A stretch of 64,000 bases of DNA from Octopus bimaculoides (lineage: Eukaryota): the NCBI RefSeq assembly GCF_001194135.2, contig NC_068984.1, forward strand, positions 259,894 through 323,893. Reading direction: 5' to 3'. Made by a program: the position numbers and the translations under genes. Below the pieces are notes generated by a model, which was not told the DNA's origin, made no database searches, and was given only the letters and a program-made list of their open reading frames with translations. Positions 36,601 through 46,394 of this stretch are shown piece by piece; position 1 is the first letter of the stretch, and each line of letters opens with the position of its first letter.

Positions 36601-39600
36601 TCTCATGGAATACTTTACACATTTTATTTACCTCATATTTGTTATGTCTTACAATTGAGCAGATCTAGATCAAAGGTATTCTATCCATGATCATCTAAAC
36701 AATACGTTTAGACGTAGTGTGTCTCGTGCCACAACATGCAATGTGCCATCCTCCTTTTTAATACCAACAGGTGGTCATATGAGGGAGATTTGATTGTTAT
36801 TTCATGCAGCTTGACTGGCCATGTTAAGTAAGGCTCCCTCGTTGCCTTGTTTTGTGTTGTGGAATGGCAGAAACCATAGTGTAGTTGATAATTTAATCTA
36901 GAAATATATGGTTTAATTTCTAATCCCATTGGGGATTGGTCATGTCTTTCATCACTCTGAAGCCTATAAAATCATTAGCAACCCCCTGTAAACCCCCACC
37001 TCACCCCCAATTTCCTAAATTTGTGATGTTGATATTGCATCATTGTGATAAATTGTTTGTTTGTTTTTTTCAGGAGAAATTTTTCATCACTGTTGATGGT
37101 CAGACATTAAGTGTTGACACAAGAGACTTGACACGGAGTAGAGCTTTACGGTACAGCACCATTTTTGAATTAATTTCTTGAGTTTTTTCCTCCTCAGTTT
37201 TTGGCTCACTCCACCTCATCTCTCAGCTCTCACTTCACAGCAACAAATTCATCCAATTTTCCCTGATTTTCAGCTGAGTATTTCACACTCAGTATCGTCA
37301 GTACCATTTAATGTCTTTCTTTGCTGGTATGGGTTTGATCATTTGACAGGATCCAATGAACGAGAGGACTGCATGAAGCCTAGTGCCTGTTTTGGCATGG
37401 TTTCTATGCCTAAGACCAACAACAGTACAATGTGTACTGCATGTTCTTTTTCATGGCATTGGTATTAGTGAAGTCAGCAAGACAAAAGACGAGAGAGGTG
37501 GTTTTATGCCAGGTGTTGAGAGGGACAGGAGCAAGTCTTTTGCGATAGAGCTGATACATGGCTACCCTGCATTATATAAGGTTGGGTGGGAGCAACATGT
37601 GTATCTTTGGTAAAAGTTGGATGAATCTCAGAGGATATAGAAACAGTTAACAATCCTCGAACTGCACTCTTAAAATCTTGCACTAAGAATAAGAGCAAGG
37701 TAAAATTACTACCTGCTTTTATAGCCAAGTTGATGCAAGTAGTTTATCCCATCCCACTCCGACTTTTAGTTCATGCAGTTGAAAAAAACCCCACATCATT
37801 TATGAGATGATCCAATATAAGGAAGTAAGATCTTGAATCAATATTATCTGGTTCTTGTAGATTATATGGTGCCAGGCTATTGCAGTCACGGCTAGTTTGA
37901 CTATTCTACCCACACCAGATGTCTGATTTCTGGGTGTTGTCGGCTTCTGTTTGTGTTGCTGTAGATTCCCTTGTTAGAACCATTTTGAAGTAATGGATAA
38001 ATAAAAAGCATAAATATGTAGATGTATAAAAAATAAATAAAAAAGAAGTTTTGTTTGTCTGTTGTGATGTCCATGTGCAACTCTCCTTCATCTTACCCAA
38101 CCCTAACCCAACCAAACTACTTTCCATTCGTCATTCTGTCACTTGCACCTTCACACACCTTCACTTCCGTCCTCTTTCTTTTCAACCTGAGCTAACCACG
38201 TATCTCCCTTACAACAACACATCTGTTCCTGACCCGTTATCAGACTCTTTAACCTCTCATCGCCTGGCATTAAACCACCTCCCTCAATACTACTGCCCCT
38301 CCCCCACCTCGGTTAGAGGAGTGGGTCTTGTCTTGTGAGATACTTGATAATCTCCCTAGTACTGGTACCATGTAAAAAGCACCCAGTACACTCTGATGTG
38401 GTTGGTGTTAGGAAGAGCAGCCAACCATGGAAACCATGTCAAAGCAGATAGTCGAGCTTGCCAGCTGCTGCCGACCCGTCCAACCCATGCCAGCATGGCA
38501 GACAGGCGCTAAATGATGATGATAATCATGACACTTGTGTGCGTGTGTGTGTGTGTGTGCGCACACACACACACGCATGTGTGATATATATTTGTGTGTG
38601 TGTATACACACACACACATACATCTATACATGCACATAGACTTTTACAAAGAAAAGGTTGACACTGGCTTTGAAGTGGGTTTGCTCACTTTCTTCCGTGT
38701 TGAGCAAGTTAAAATTTCAAAGTCACTGCCAACTTCTTTCTTGTAAAAGTTTAAACATCTACTCTACTAAAAAACTATTAGGTTTTCAATTTAATGTTAA
38801 ATTGTCTTTTTGTATATAACCTGACATAAAGACAAGCACAAACATGTGTATATACATATACATATATATATATATATATAAACACACACACACACACATA
38901 TAATGAGACATGGTTCTATAACCTCTTGGATCTTGTCAAACCATCTNNNNNNNNNNCCATGCTAGCATGGAAAGCGGACGTTAAACGATGATGATGATGA
39001 TGATGATATATATATATTTGTGTGTGTGTGTGTGTAATGATGAGTGTTTCCATATATGTATGAATATGAAGGCAAAAATGAATATATAGATGTGTAGCTG
39101 TATTCACTCATCTCAAGATGTATTTGTGTAGAAACCATTTCCTTTTCTACAATACCATTTATACATTCAAAATCTGAAGTTTGTCTTCATTTCAAATGTA
39201 TTTATGCTTTAACAGCTCAAGTCACAATGACTGACTGATAGAAATGCTATCAGTTGAAACACTACCAAAGGCATTATACTGCATTAATAAGTAATTTGCA
39301 TATCATTTTACCTGTTTGCAGCTATTTAACTTGTAAATTAGCATCTCACCTGTCCACGGTTGGTTTATTGTTGTTATCATAGTAGGGAAGAAAGTGACCT
39401 GGGGATGGTTGTGTGCAGGTTGATAGAACACAAAACTAAATCAGACACACTTTTACTTGGTTTTTATGCATATTTATAGAACTTGCTCAAGCAATTAAAT
39501 CCTTTCATTATTATAAAGAAGATTGCATATGTTTTTTGTTTGCCTTTTTGTTGCTCATTAATAAACACGAATATATTTCTATTTCTTTCCAGAATCCGTA

Positions 39601-41360
39601 AAAAAGTTGGTCGTGCCTTTTCTTTTAGCAAAACGCCAGCTCAGTTGAAAAGGGCCGTGTCGAGTGTAGCAAATGGTTTGAGTCCTTTTATGAAGGAGGG
39701 TCTTGGAGCATCTGTGGGCACTCTGGGTCGCAGCTATGGTTACTCTGCACATCGACCGAACAGTACACTAAGTTTGAATGTAAGCTTTAACTATCTACTT
39801 CCTCCTTCAATGTATATGAACATGTGTGCTTGAGAAGCTTTCTTCTCAAGCATGTTGTCCCAGGCCAACCAAAGCCTTGTGAGTGGATTTGGTAGACATT
39901 GAAAAGAAGCTTGTCATGTGTATGTATGAATATGTATATATGTGTGTGTGTGTTGGCACCCATGCCAACGTCTCTTTCATTGAACACTAAACTTGGCTTG
40001 TGAAGACCTGTTGGGGCAAGCAAAAGCGAAATCGTGATGGCACCTGTACCAGTGGAGCACTAAGAGCACCGTCCAAGCGTGATCGTTGCCATAGCACCAT
40101 TTGAGTGTGATCGTTACCAATGTCGCCTTCCTGGCACTTGTGCCAGTGGCACGTGAAAAGATATTCGAGCTAGATCGTTGCCAGTGCTGCTGGACTGGCT
40201 CCTGTGCAGGTGGCACATAAAATACACCATTTCGAGTGAGACTGTTGCCAGTACCGCCTGACTGGCCTTCGTGCCAGTGGCACGTAAAAGCACCCACTAC
40301 ACTCTCAGAGTGGTTGGCGTTAGGAAGGGAATCCAGCTGTAGAAACTCTGCCAAATCAGATTGGGGCCTGGTGCAGCCACCTGGTTCATGTGTGTGTATG
40401 TGAGAAGGTATGTGTGTTTGTGTTTGGATAGGGGCCAGTGACTTTGCTGTGTGCGTGTGTGTGGGTGTGCAGATGATGGTGTGTGGTGTGGGTGCTGGGA
40501 AGTGGTCAGTGCTTGTGTGGAGTGGGGTGGAGGTGGGGTGTGTGGGTGGAGGGGGTATCGATGAAGAGAGGATGTAGGTGTCAGAGCAAGAGAGGAGGGG
40601 AGAGGTGGGTAGGAATAAAGAGAGGAAGTAGGTGTCAGATGAGGAGAGGAGGGGAGTTGAGTCCATGTGGTGCAAAGGAGCGAAGAGAGAAGATTAATTC
40701 CTGTTATATATATATGTATGTAGGTGCCTAGACATCATGTGATGGTTGTAAACAAACCTCACCATCATGCAAGCAGTGTTGTTCATTGACATTTTACATA
40801 AAAATTAAAACCACGTCTTCTTTCCTCATTGATTATGTAATTTTTCAAATTGTTTTCTTTTAAAGGAGATTGATTCTACTCTGAGTCACATCAGTGAAGT
40901 TCCTTTGGCTGTTGGAGACGACACAGATTCAATTAGTCTTGATGATTACACTCTCACTGTAAGTATTTAGTCCTCTCTTCTGTGATTCACTTGGCTTCCC
41001 TCATCCACACAACAAGAAGCCACCAATCTATGGGAAAGTACAACTCATTGCTGTAAACAGGTCTCACCGTTGGGTAACTGATGAGTGTTTCTCCAACCTG
41101 CTTTCTTTAATCCTTTTAATATCAACCTGCCTGGGACTGCTGCTGGTTTAACATAAGTACGTCCTCTTTTAAAGCAATGTCAATTGACATCTTCCGTCAA
41201 AATTTCATGCTTATTTGTGTTCCAAACACCATATTAATAATGACAAAGTTATTTTAATAAATTCTTCATTATTTTCACAATTAAAATAAAAGCAGTGTAG
41301 CCCCTAGATCAACCAATACCTTGTGAGGGAATTTAGTAGATGGAAACTGTGGAAGCCTGT

Positions 41361-41394
<34 letters not shown>

Positions 41395-44300
41395 ATGACC
41401 ACCACTTGACAACTGGTGGTGGTTTATTTATGTTGCAATAAATTAGCAGTTCGGCAATAGAGATGGATACAATAAATACTAGACTTAAAAAAGAACAACT
41501 GGGGTTGATTTGTTTGACTAAAAATCCCTTCAAGGTGGTGCCCCAACATGGCCACAGTTTAAGAAAAAATCGAATTTTTACAGCCAGATCATCAGATCTG
41601 GCTGTATAAAAAAGAAAGAAAAAGTCCCAACTTGTAGGCTGTTGATCTTGAGATAACTTGTGATTCAGTTTTTCTTTCTATAAAATTGCTCATATCAAGG
41701 AAACACTACTGCTCCATGACCATCTCTCTTCATGAATGGCACTCAGCCGGGGTCTACGCGACCACTCCAAGTGCTGGGTTTCACTATCGTTTAGATTCTC
41801 TTCTTATGAAATCACATTGTTAGCACAGGTAGAGTTTCATCCTAAAGATTAAGCCTTCTCTTTAGAGCCAGAAGATAATTCAGTTACCGACAGCAGTTGA
41901 CAACTCTACAGAACTCAAGAATGGCCCACAATAGAAGACTGTTTCCATTTCTGAGATGGAGCTGTTGTTACACACACACACACACACTGACATCTTGGAC
42001 ATCCCCCAGAGAAAGGTCACTCAGTTGAGTGGCACCACATCACCGAGGGACCATACTCTTGCCTCTGACCCACAGGCATCCTGTCACTTCCTCTGTTTTT
42101 CTCATCACCATCATTATTTAAGGTCTCTGTCTTCCCCACTGATATGGAGTTGGGCAATTTTCTCAGTTGCTACTATAATGGTTTCTGTCCCTTGGAGCTG
42201 GTTGGTCTTGAACCTTCACTATTCAGGCATCTTAAACCACTCTTCACCATTGTTGCACTCCCACGCCCTTTTCCTCACACTGTCCACTATGTCCAACCCT
42301 TCTTCCCCTGAGCATCTCTCCTTCTGGGATCTTCTTGTCGATGTCTTTCTTGCATGTGTTGACCTGAAGCAGCTTAATTTAAACATCAATTCACTCCAGT
42401 CTCAGAGGGACTGCAGCAGCCATGGGCTCTTTTCCTTCTTTTATACTCAGCAAGTAAAAAAAAACAAACAAAAAAAAAAAACAGAATAAAAAGTTGTCAT
42501 GGATATTTCATAAAAGAAGAATCATTTTTAGAATTGGTATTGGTAACATTTGGCTAATACAGTTTTACTTCTAACTATTTGGAATAAACTTTTCGTTTTA
42601 TAGCTGGTCATTTTTTAAAAAATAACACAGCAGTTGCTGCAAAATTAATGGCAAGTTCCAAAAACACAAATTTTAAGCTCGCTCTCTCTCTCTCCACACA
42701 CATATACATATATATATATATATTTAGTAAGTACAAAAAGAAAATCTTGCAATTTTATTGTAGATAAGAGACATTTGTAATTCTGATGTCAACAGTAGTG
42801 AAAATCAAATTATAAATGAAACATTTATGTAAATAAATACAGCAATTGAAGCTATGTTGTAAATATCATCAACTTTGCAGAACCCACACAAAAATTAGAT
42901 GGAAATAAGTGTAAAACAAGATTTTTCAAAATATATTTTTCCCCTGCAGCATTCCCAGTGGTGAAAACATGCCATTGGCCATGTTATAAGGGAATGGAAA
43001 ACCTGTAGAAATTGCTAGAAACAGGCTAAATGCTATGAGTCCCCACAAGTAGCACGTGCCAGGTAAACTTAGAGATTGTTTCTCAACCACAGCTCATGGT
43101 TAATTTATATTTGTCACAAGTAAATATTTAGTTTTTATTTTCTCACTGTTAACTTGATTTCAATTGGTTGTTTTCTTAGATCTATTCATATTTCATACTG
43201 CACACGTTTTTTTTAAAAGTACATTTCACTTTTTTTCCCTTTTTATTTTGTTGCTAAAAATGTCATATTTTATTGGAAAATTCGATATTCTCAAGTGGAC
43301 CACATTATTTTACATCATCTGAAATATCATTCCTTTCATATTTCCTCACAGAAGGTTCTTCTTTAGGAATGTCTTTGACTATGGAGATGTGTCCATTAGC
43401 CTTTACGTGTTTCAGCCATTGGATTGCGACCATGCTGGAGCACTGCCTTGAAATAGTTGAATTGAACAAACTGACCCCTTTTGTTTCTTTTGCTGAACCA
43501 CTAAGGGTCACATAAACAAACCAATACTGGTTGTCAAGGGGTGATGAGGGACGACAGTTGCTCATGGTCACAGTTCACCTTTCTTCATCTAAACCCATGT
43601 CCACAACACTTCTAAGCTTCCATTGCCCCTCCTCCTCCTCCTCTTCTACCCCCTCCACTGCTCTGCTTATCACCCATTTCAAACACACCATTGCACCCAC
43701 ACACACCTACACTCCTTCCTATTCCATACATGCACACATTCCTCCTCCTCCTCCACCCACACCCGCATTCACACTTCCACCTCCGCACATACAGTAGTGA
43801 GCATCTAATCAAGCCAGACCTACCTTCCTTGTCACCCCACTTCCACCTGACTTCTCCATCCAGGTTGACTCACCTACAACATGCAATGTATGTCAGATCT
43901 CCTCACATACACAAACACAAACACAGAGCATACACTCACACACACTTTGTCCAACTGCCCCACACACATTCGCTCACCAGATGAAAACAGGGACAAGCAT
44001 AAACACACACACATGTATGTCTGACTGCCTCTTACACTCACACATCTAAAGAAGGGTAGAAGAACACACACATGCTACTTGCAGACTATGCACGCACACA
44101 CACACGTCTGATAGCCTCATACACATATCTAATATAACTTCACACACATACTTCCACACATGCAACCACACAAATACACAGTACACATGCACACAACGCT
44201 TCACACACACACTGTCCCCCTGGAAGATACCTCTCCTAATACCGGATTCCCTGCTGTCACTTCAATTCTGTTCCATATAAGGCGCTTCTCATATTTCCTG

Positions 44301-44496
44301 CTGCTCCATACATTTCCATGATTCTTGTTATCCAAGAGTGTAGAAGCATATCGTATGCTCTCTAACTATTATTATTATTAAATTCTGCCCTGTCATCCAC
44401 CCGGGGGTCAATAAAGTACCAATCAAATACTGGGGTTGATGCGATCAACTTACCCCTCTCCCCACAAACTTCAGGCCTTGTGCCTGTTGTAGAAAC

Positions 44497-44527
<31 letters not shown>

Positions 44528-45435
44528 GTAATATAATGTGGCAAGCTGGAAGAATTATGAAGATGTTGGGCAAAGTGCTCTGTGGCATTTCTTGTGGCTC
44601 TTTACATTCTTAGTTCAAATATTGTTGAAGCTATCTTTGTCTTTTGTCCTTTCAGAGATCGATAAAATTAAGGTGCTGGGGAACAATGTAATTGACTAAA
44701 CTCCCTCCCATGCTGGTTTTTGTGCCAAAATTTGAAACCTTTATTACCATTATTATTAAGGTGACAAACTGGCAGAAGCGTTAGAGCATCAGAGAAAATG
44801 CATTGTGCAATTTGTTCAAATCCTGCTGAGGTCATCCTTTAAGGATTGATAAAATAAGTGCCAGTTGGGCACTGGGGGGGNNNNNNNNNNNNGGGGGGGG
44901 GGGGTCAATGTAATTGGTCAACTCTCTCGCACAGAACTTCATGCCTTGTGCCTTTAGTACGAAAGGATTGTTTTTGTTAATGAGCTACATCAGTGTCTTG
45001 CTTGATTAGGTTGTAATCTTGAGAGATTTTAGCAAAAATTTTACTTCACTTACAAAGGGCAGGAAATATTGCACTTCTCATTTGCAATGTGAAACTATTG
45101 TGTTTTATTAAGAAAATATGTCACCGGTTTTGATGGTTCAGTTTTAAAGAAAGACTTGCCTGAAATGTTAATGGAATCATTTTCTCCACACAGCCTTACA
45201 CATAACCTTGTTGCTGCAGATTGACCCCTTGAACTGTGGGTATTGCTCTGTAAACGACAGGCTCCCTACCAGGAACAAGTGTGGCTGTGTGATAAGAAGT
45301 TTGTTTTCCAATCACATGGTTCTGGTTTCAGTCCCACTTCTTGGCCCCTGGACAAGTATCTTCTATCTTAGCCTTGGGTTGACCAAAGCCTTGTGAGTGG
45401 ATTTGGTACATGGAAACTAGAAGAAGCCTATCATG

Positions 45436-45487
<52 letters not shown>

Positions 45488-45860
45488 TCCCCTATCACTA
45501 CTTGACAACAGATGTTGGTTTGTTTACATCTCTGTAATTTAGTCATTCAACAAAAAGCAATTATAGAGTAAGTTCTGGGCTTTATAAATAAAAAAGGTAA
45601 GTACTGGACTAGAAATTCTTCAATGCAGTGCCCCAGCATGGCCATAGTCTTCTAATGATTGAAACAAGTAAAATAACAGATAATACGCACCACTTGCCAC
45701 TCACGTCTCTTCTATTTATGCGATACAGGAAGAAGAAAGCCCATCGAAATATTCGACTTTACCCATTATTATTGGGAAAAAATTGGCAGATTACCAGTCA
45801 GATGGTACCACCAATACCTTAAACAAGTATCTCTCTCGTTCAACTAACAAAGGTCAGTAA
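1753..45860 (+). CDS. ECT2: ECT2/Pebble Rho guanine-nucleotide exchange factor, 5'-partial spliced CDS: join(1753-1868, 9479-9541, 10839-11055, 14030-14142, 16044-16232, 18014-18124, 24478-24574, 29577-29658, 31251-31329, 31622-31741, 32601-32742, 33896-34041, 37074-37150, 39593-39779, 40866-40958, 45729-45860)
   Basis: All 16 exons have AG/GT boundaries and consecutive phases match (1964 nt, no internal stop). The translation is colinear with human ECT2 as I recall it: THLVV...WFWGSIQ (BRCT2), RKRR NLS, EL.QTE.NYV, YPPFVNFFE, RFHAFLK, KPECGRQ.LVEL.IRPVQRL (DH), LLSSHR, LTLFLF.D (PH), KKV.RAFSFSKTP (tail). Confidence 0.96.
3075..3764 (+). mobile_element. RTE 3' end: last ORF2 codons, 3' UTR with 65-bp tandem array, GAT tail
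   Basis: Colinear with the reverse complement of 50530-51110; ends AGCATGGAAAGCGGATGTTAAACAATGATGAT. Confidence 0.85.
3765..3845. repeat. (TA)n microsatellite; representative of many simple repeats
   Basis: Also (TA)n at about 3027-3068, 28087-28130, 52015-52044; (CA/TG)n at 8633-8663, 16261-16290, 45443-45483, 48281-48325; (GA/CT)n at 6938-6976, 49086-49128; (ATT/AAT)n at 20355-20420, 24372-24405, 60225-60350. Confidence 0.95.
3846..4100 (-). mobile_element. RTE 3' end, inverted relative to 3075-3764
   Basis: Reverse complement is about 95% identical to 3596-3764 (9 differences in about 168 nt, counted by eye). Confidence 0.85.
9479..9541 (+). CDS. ECT2: ECT2 exon, BRCT2 end: WFWGSIQIDACACEDIYLFEK
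   Basis: tattccag acceptor, gtgagt donor; 63 nt; matches human WFWGSIQMDARAGETMYLYEK. Too short for the ORF track. Confidence 0.96.
10839..11055 (+). CDS. ECT2: ECT2 exon, linker with basic NLS clusters (KNRKRR, PKRR) and several S/T-P sites
   Basis: ctttttcag acceptor, gtagga donor; KESPEAFTPNYLNNSLKNRKRRLLQDINERLNQDQQTPNWGPKRRSKDFADKNMTPVKICQNESLIETRSVE parallels human TPNSNRKRRRL...PPRKRP. Confidence 0.92.
11225..11475. other. Assembly gap (N run)
   Basis: Other gaps: 8758-8767, 33338-33347, 38947-38956, 44881-44892, 48457-48681, 56964-57079, 60297-60306; several abut microsatellites. Confidence 0.99.
14030..14142 (+). CDS. ECT2: ECT2 exon, DH start: (E)KCTKDRNALKPSQRCLVAMELLQTEWNYVKILHTILH
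   Basis: ttttcccag acceptor, gtaagt donor; DH conserved region 1 (human RWQVAKELYQTESNYVNILATI). Confidence 0.95.
16044..16232 (+). CDS. ECT2: ECT2 exon, DH: VFKEKIEEPNQYNVPILVPLEIKSIFGKIPPIYDIHCKIRDELSDLINNWKEDALVGDVILKH
   Basis: tttttcag acceptor, gtaatt donor; 189 nt; matches human EIKTIFGSIPDIFDVHTKIKDDLEDLIVNW. Confidence 0.96.
17251..17454 (+). repeat. Minisatellite: 6 x 34 bp GTTAGACATATACCAGGGGAGTCAAAAGTCACAA
   Basis: Units start at 17251, 17285, 17319, 17353, 17387, 17421; five identical, last has GCCAA for GGGGA; no spacers. Confidence 0.97.
17429..17824. mobile_element. Probable decayed Tc1/mariner-type MITE
   Basis: Left TCAAAAGTCACAAAACGATCTCAGATTTT vs reverse complement of right end CCAAAAGTTACAAAGAAGTCTAAAATTTC (about 20 of 27 core positions match); TA at both ends. 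Confidence 0.5.
18014..18124 (+). CDS. ECT2: ECT2 exon, DH: ADKLVKAYPPFVNFFEKTKESILECEKKNPRFHAFLK
   Basis: gattag acceptor, gtaatt donor; 111 nt; close to human LVKTYPPFVNFFE...PRFHAFLK. Confidence 0.96.
19550..20340 (-). mobile_element. Decayed RTE LINE reverse-transcriptase fragment
   Basis: Minus strand reads DEMQFGFVPGESTTDAIF, TFDRV, QVGIHQGSVLSPILF, degraded YADD region, then CTQCKLWTHKRCS; contains stops and frameshifts. Confidence 0.88.
20420..20900 (-). mobile_element. RTE-type 3' end of a distinct subfamily carrying a 46-bp tandem array
   Basis: 20420-20590 is the reverse complement of the common 3' block; 20598-20900 is a 46-bp-period array. Confidence 0.75.
20925..21500 (+). mobile_element. 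Three tandem copies of tRNA-headed SINE family B, separated by (ATT)n tails
   Basis: Each starts AAGGYRGTGAGCT.GCAGAA, has B-box GAGTTCAAAT and central GACTT.GCCTTT.ATCCTTT.GGGGT.GATAA. Other copies at about 24945-25140, 44380-44510, 44540-44960, 62545-62740, 63705-63900. Confidence 0.75.
22270..23110 (+). repeat. Degenerate purine-rich minisatellite, about 30-bp unit (TCAAGAGATGGTGGGGTAAGGGAGTAGAGAG-like), roughly 20 copies
   Basis: TCAAG recurs every 29-31 nt through most of the tract; strong G/A strand bias. Confidence 0.85.
23848..23940 (+). repeat. Interstitial (CCCTAA)n in a duplicated CT-rich unit
   Basis: TTAGCTCTCTCTCTTCTCTCTA followed by 4 CCCTAA, then the same leader followed by 3 CCCTAA. 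Confidence 0.9.
24478..24574 (+). CDS. ECT2: ECT2 exon, DH conserved region 3: VSLNKPECGRQTLVELMIRPVQRLGSVILLLN
   Basis: gtttcag acceptor, gtgaga donor; PVQR motif intact. Confidence 0.97.
25950..26200 (+). mobile_element. Decayed RTE ORF2 C-terminal fragment
   Basis: Reads VDGTCGRGRPRKTWDEVVRIDLKMLGLIEEMTK, homologous to the 51039-51260 copy. Confidence 0.8.
28470..28730 (+). mobile_element. Probable R4/Dong-type LINE fragment
   Basis: WTKNNIQELDRKTRKLLAMYGAH resembles the post-RT motif WT..EL..LDRKTRK.L.M.GAHHP; degenerate afterwards. Confidence 0.5.
29577..29658 (+). CDS. ECT2: ECT2 exon, DH: (E)ILKRTLKTNPDSKKLDEAVKALKEVL(T)
   Basis: poly-T-atcag acceptor, gtgagt donor; matches human LKKHTADENPDKSTLEKAIGSLKEVMT. 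Confidence 0.94.
31251..31329 (+). CDS. ECT2: ECT2 exon, DH end: YINEDKKKTENRVEMFDLFNDIECCP
   Basis: catttctag acceptor, gtaagt donor; matches human HINEDKRKTE...IFDVVYEVDGCP. Confidence 0.95.
31622..31741 (+). CDS. ECT2: ECT2 exon, PH start: PYLLSSHRTFLKKVDTIELYGSVIPRGESLTLFLFSDSLS
   Basis: ttctttgccag acceptor, gtaagt donor; 120 nt; matches human ANLLSSHRSL...RGEQVTLFLFNDCLE. Confidence 0.95.
32601..32742 (+). CDS. ECT2: ECT2 exon, PH: ICKRRLKLMNNATKSPSSHKTPQKPFKHLALLPLNSIKAVLDMKETD
   Basis: ttctgtttag acceptor, gtaagt donor; matches human IARKR...LKHIHLMPLSQIKKVLDIRETED. Confidence 0.94.
33031..33447. repeat. Long inverted repeat (arms 33031-33221 and 33263-33447, 41-nt loop)
   Basis: The inner about 75 bp of the arms are exact reverse complements; outer parts have a few mismatches and one indel; a 10-N gap (33338-33347) lies in the right arm. 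Confidence 0.92.
33896..34041 (+). CDS. ECT2: ECT2 exon, PH end: (T)CQNAFGLTCNNGDKDEWYAFKMDCDIPKSEFQMLLCRSIADTLCRTDY
   Basis: ttgtcatag acceptor, gtaagt donor; matches human CHNAFAL...MLCRHVANTICKAD. Confidence 0.94.
35491..35750 (+). mobile_element. tRNA-headed SINE family C, single copy here
   Basis: A-box TGGCCTCGTGGTTAG, then TTCTTGGGCAA, CTCAGCTGTAAATGAGTA and GTGATGGACTGGCTTCCCATCCAGGG, resembling conserved central domains of widespread metazoan SINEs (from memory). Confidence 0.6.
37074..37150 (+). CDS. ECT2: ECT2 exon: EKFFITVDGQTLSVDTRDLTRSRAL(R)
   Basis: tttttttcag acceptor; weak gtacag donor at 37151 gives the phase 2 needed by the next exon; matches human ENLIYTADPESFEVNTKDM. 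Confidence 0.88.
39593..39779 (+). CDS. ECT2: ECT2 exon, polybasic tail: IRKKVGRAFSFSKTPAQLKRAVSSVANGLSPFMKEGLGASVGTLGRSYGYSAHRPNSTLSLN
   Basis: tttctttccag acceptor, gtaagc donor; matches human KKVTRAFSFSKTPKRALRRA. Confidence 0.94.
39960..40385 (+). mobile_element. RTE 3' UTR copy with 65-bp array
   Basis: Same CACTAAACT...GAAGACCTGTT...GGCAAG head and GTGCC.GTGGCAC units as 3225-3700. Confidence 0.82.
40866..40958 (+). CDS. ECT2: ECT2 exon, divergent tail: EIDSTLSHISEVPLAVGDDTDSISLDDYTLT
   Basis: ttttcttttaaag acceptor, gtaagt donor; 93 nt, phase 0-0, open. Supported by splice signals and phase only, not by recognisable homology. Confidence 0.75.
41700..41840 (+). mobile_element. Possible CR1/Jockey-group LINE remnant
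   Basis: FMNGTQPGSTRPLQVLGFTI...NHI resembles the post-RT motif (.NG..L.....L..LG...D..L.W..HI); short and degraded. Confidence 0.35.
45270..45680 (+). mobile_element. tRNA-headed SINE family A (CORE-like CCTTGGGCAAG motif, internal (TG)n; octopus OR-type expected but unverified)
   Basis: A-box TGGCTGTGTG, B-box GGTTTCAGTCC, AAAGCCTTGTGAGTGGATTTGGTA, TG tract, 3' GGTGCCCCAGCATGGCC...GAAACAAGTAAAA. Other copies at about 7520-7980(+), 11480-11655(-), 18395-18575(+), 27655-28330(+), 29680-29850(+), 41310-41560(+), 43405-43560(-), 47705-47900(+), 48320-48456(-), 63125-63295(-). Confidence 0.8.
45729..45860 (+). CDS. ECT2: ECT2 probable late or terminal exon: EEESPSKYSTLPIIIGKKLADYQSDGTTNTLNKYLSRSTNKGQ-stop
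   Basis: gatacag acceptor, phase 0, open for 43 codons; LSRST recalls the human C-terminal TLSRSTTHLI. An internal donor AAAG|GTCAGT at 45853 means the exon may end at 45852. Confidence 0.72.
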   Translation, partial: EEESPSKYSTLPIIIGKKLADYQSDGTTNTLNKYLSRSTNKGQ

Positions 45861-46394
45861 AGTATTTCTTGCTCTTTTCTTGTTTTTGTTGTTATACTTT
45901 CTTTATTATTTTTATGAGGAAAAATTGTATTTGTTGTTTGAATCTAGCCATCATCCTATCTCTTGTACAAATACATTCAGCTCTGTCACTCATACTTTGG
46001 AAAGGTTGGTGGGAGGGGGGGGGACTGTGATTTGAGGGAGATTTGGTTGCTATTTCTTGAAAGTTAGAAAACTAAAGGTCCTCATTTTTCACATTCATTG
46101 GAAGTGTCTGTGTTTGTGGCGTTGTATGTTTGTGTGATATTGTCTGATATCCAGTATGTGTTTAAGAAGACAAGACTCTGCTACCATTGGAAAAATGGAT
46201 GTGCCTGATATGCAGAAAAAGAAGTTGGTAAAGACTCCTTACCACTGTACACCATACACGGTGGGTGTTGTGGGATCAGAATGACAAAGAAGGTCGGATG
46301 TGGTGGGGGTTTTCAAAAGGCTTCCTAGAAATGGCTTCCTAGAAATTGCCAACTTCTGCTGCCTCAGCCGATTTAATTAGCATGATTTACATTT

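Noticed and set aside
41579-41606. Perfect 12-bp palindrome TACAGCCAGATC-atca-GATCTGGCTGTA as a terminator or pre-miRNA
   Set aside because: Bacterial terminators do not apply, the stem is too short for a pre-miRNA, and it lies at a SINE edge.
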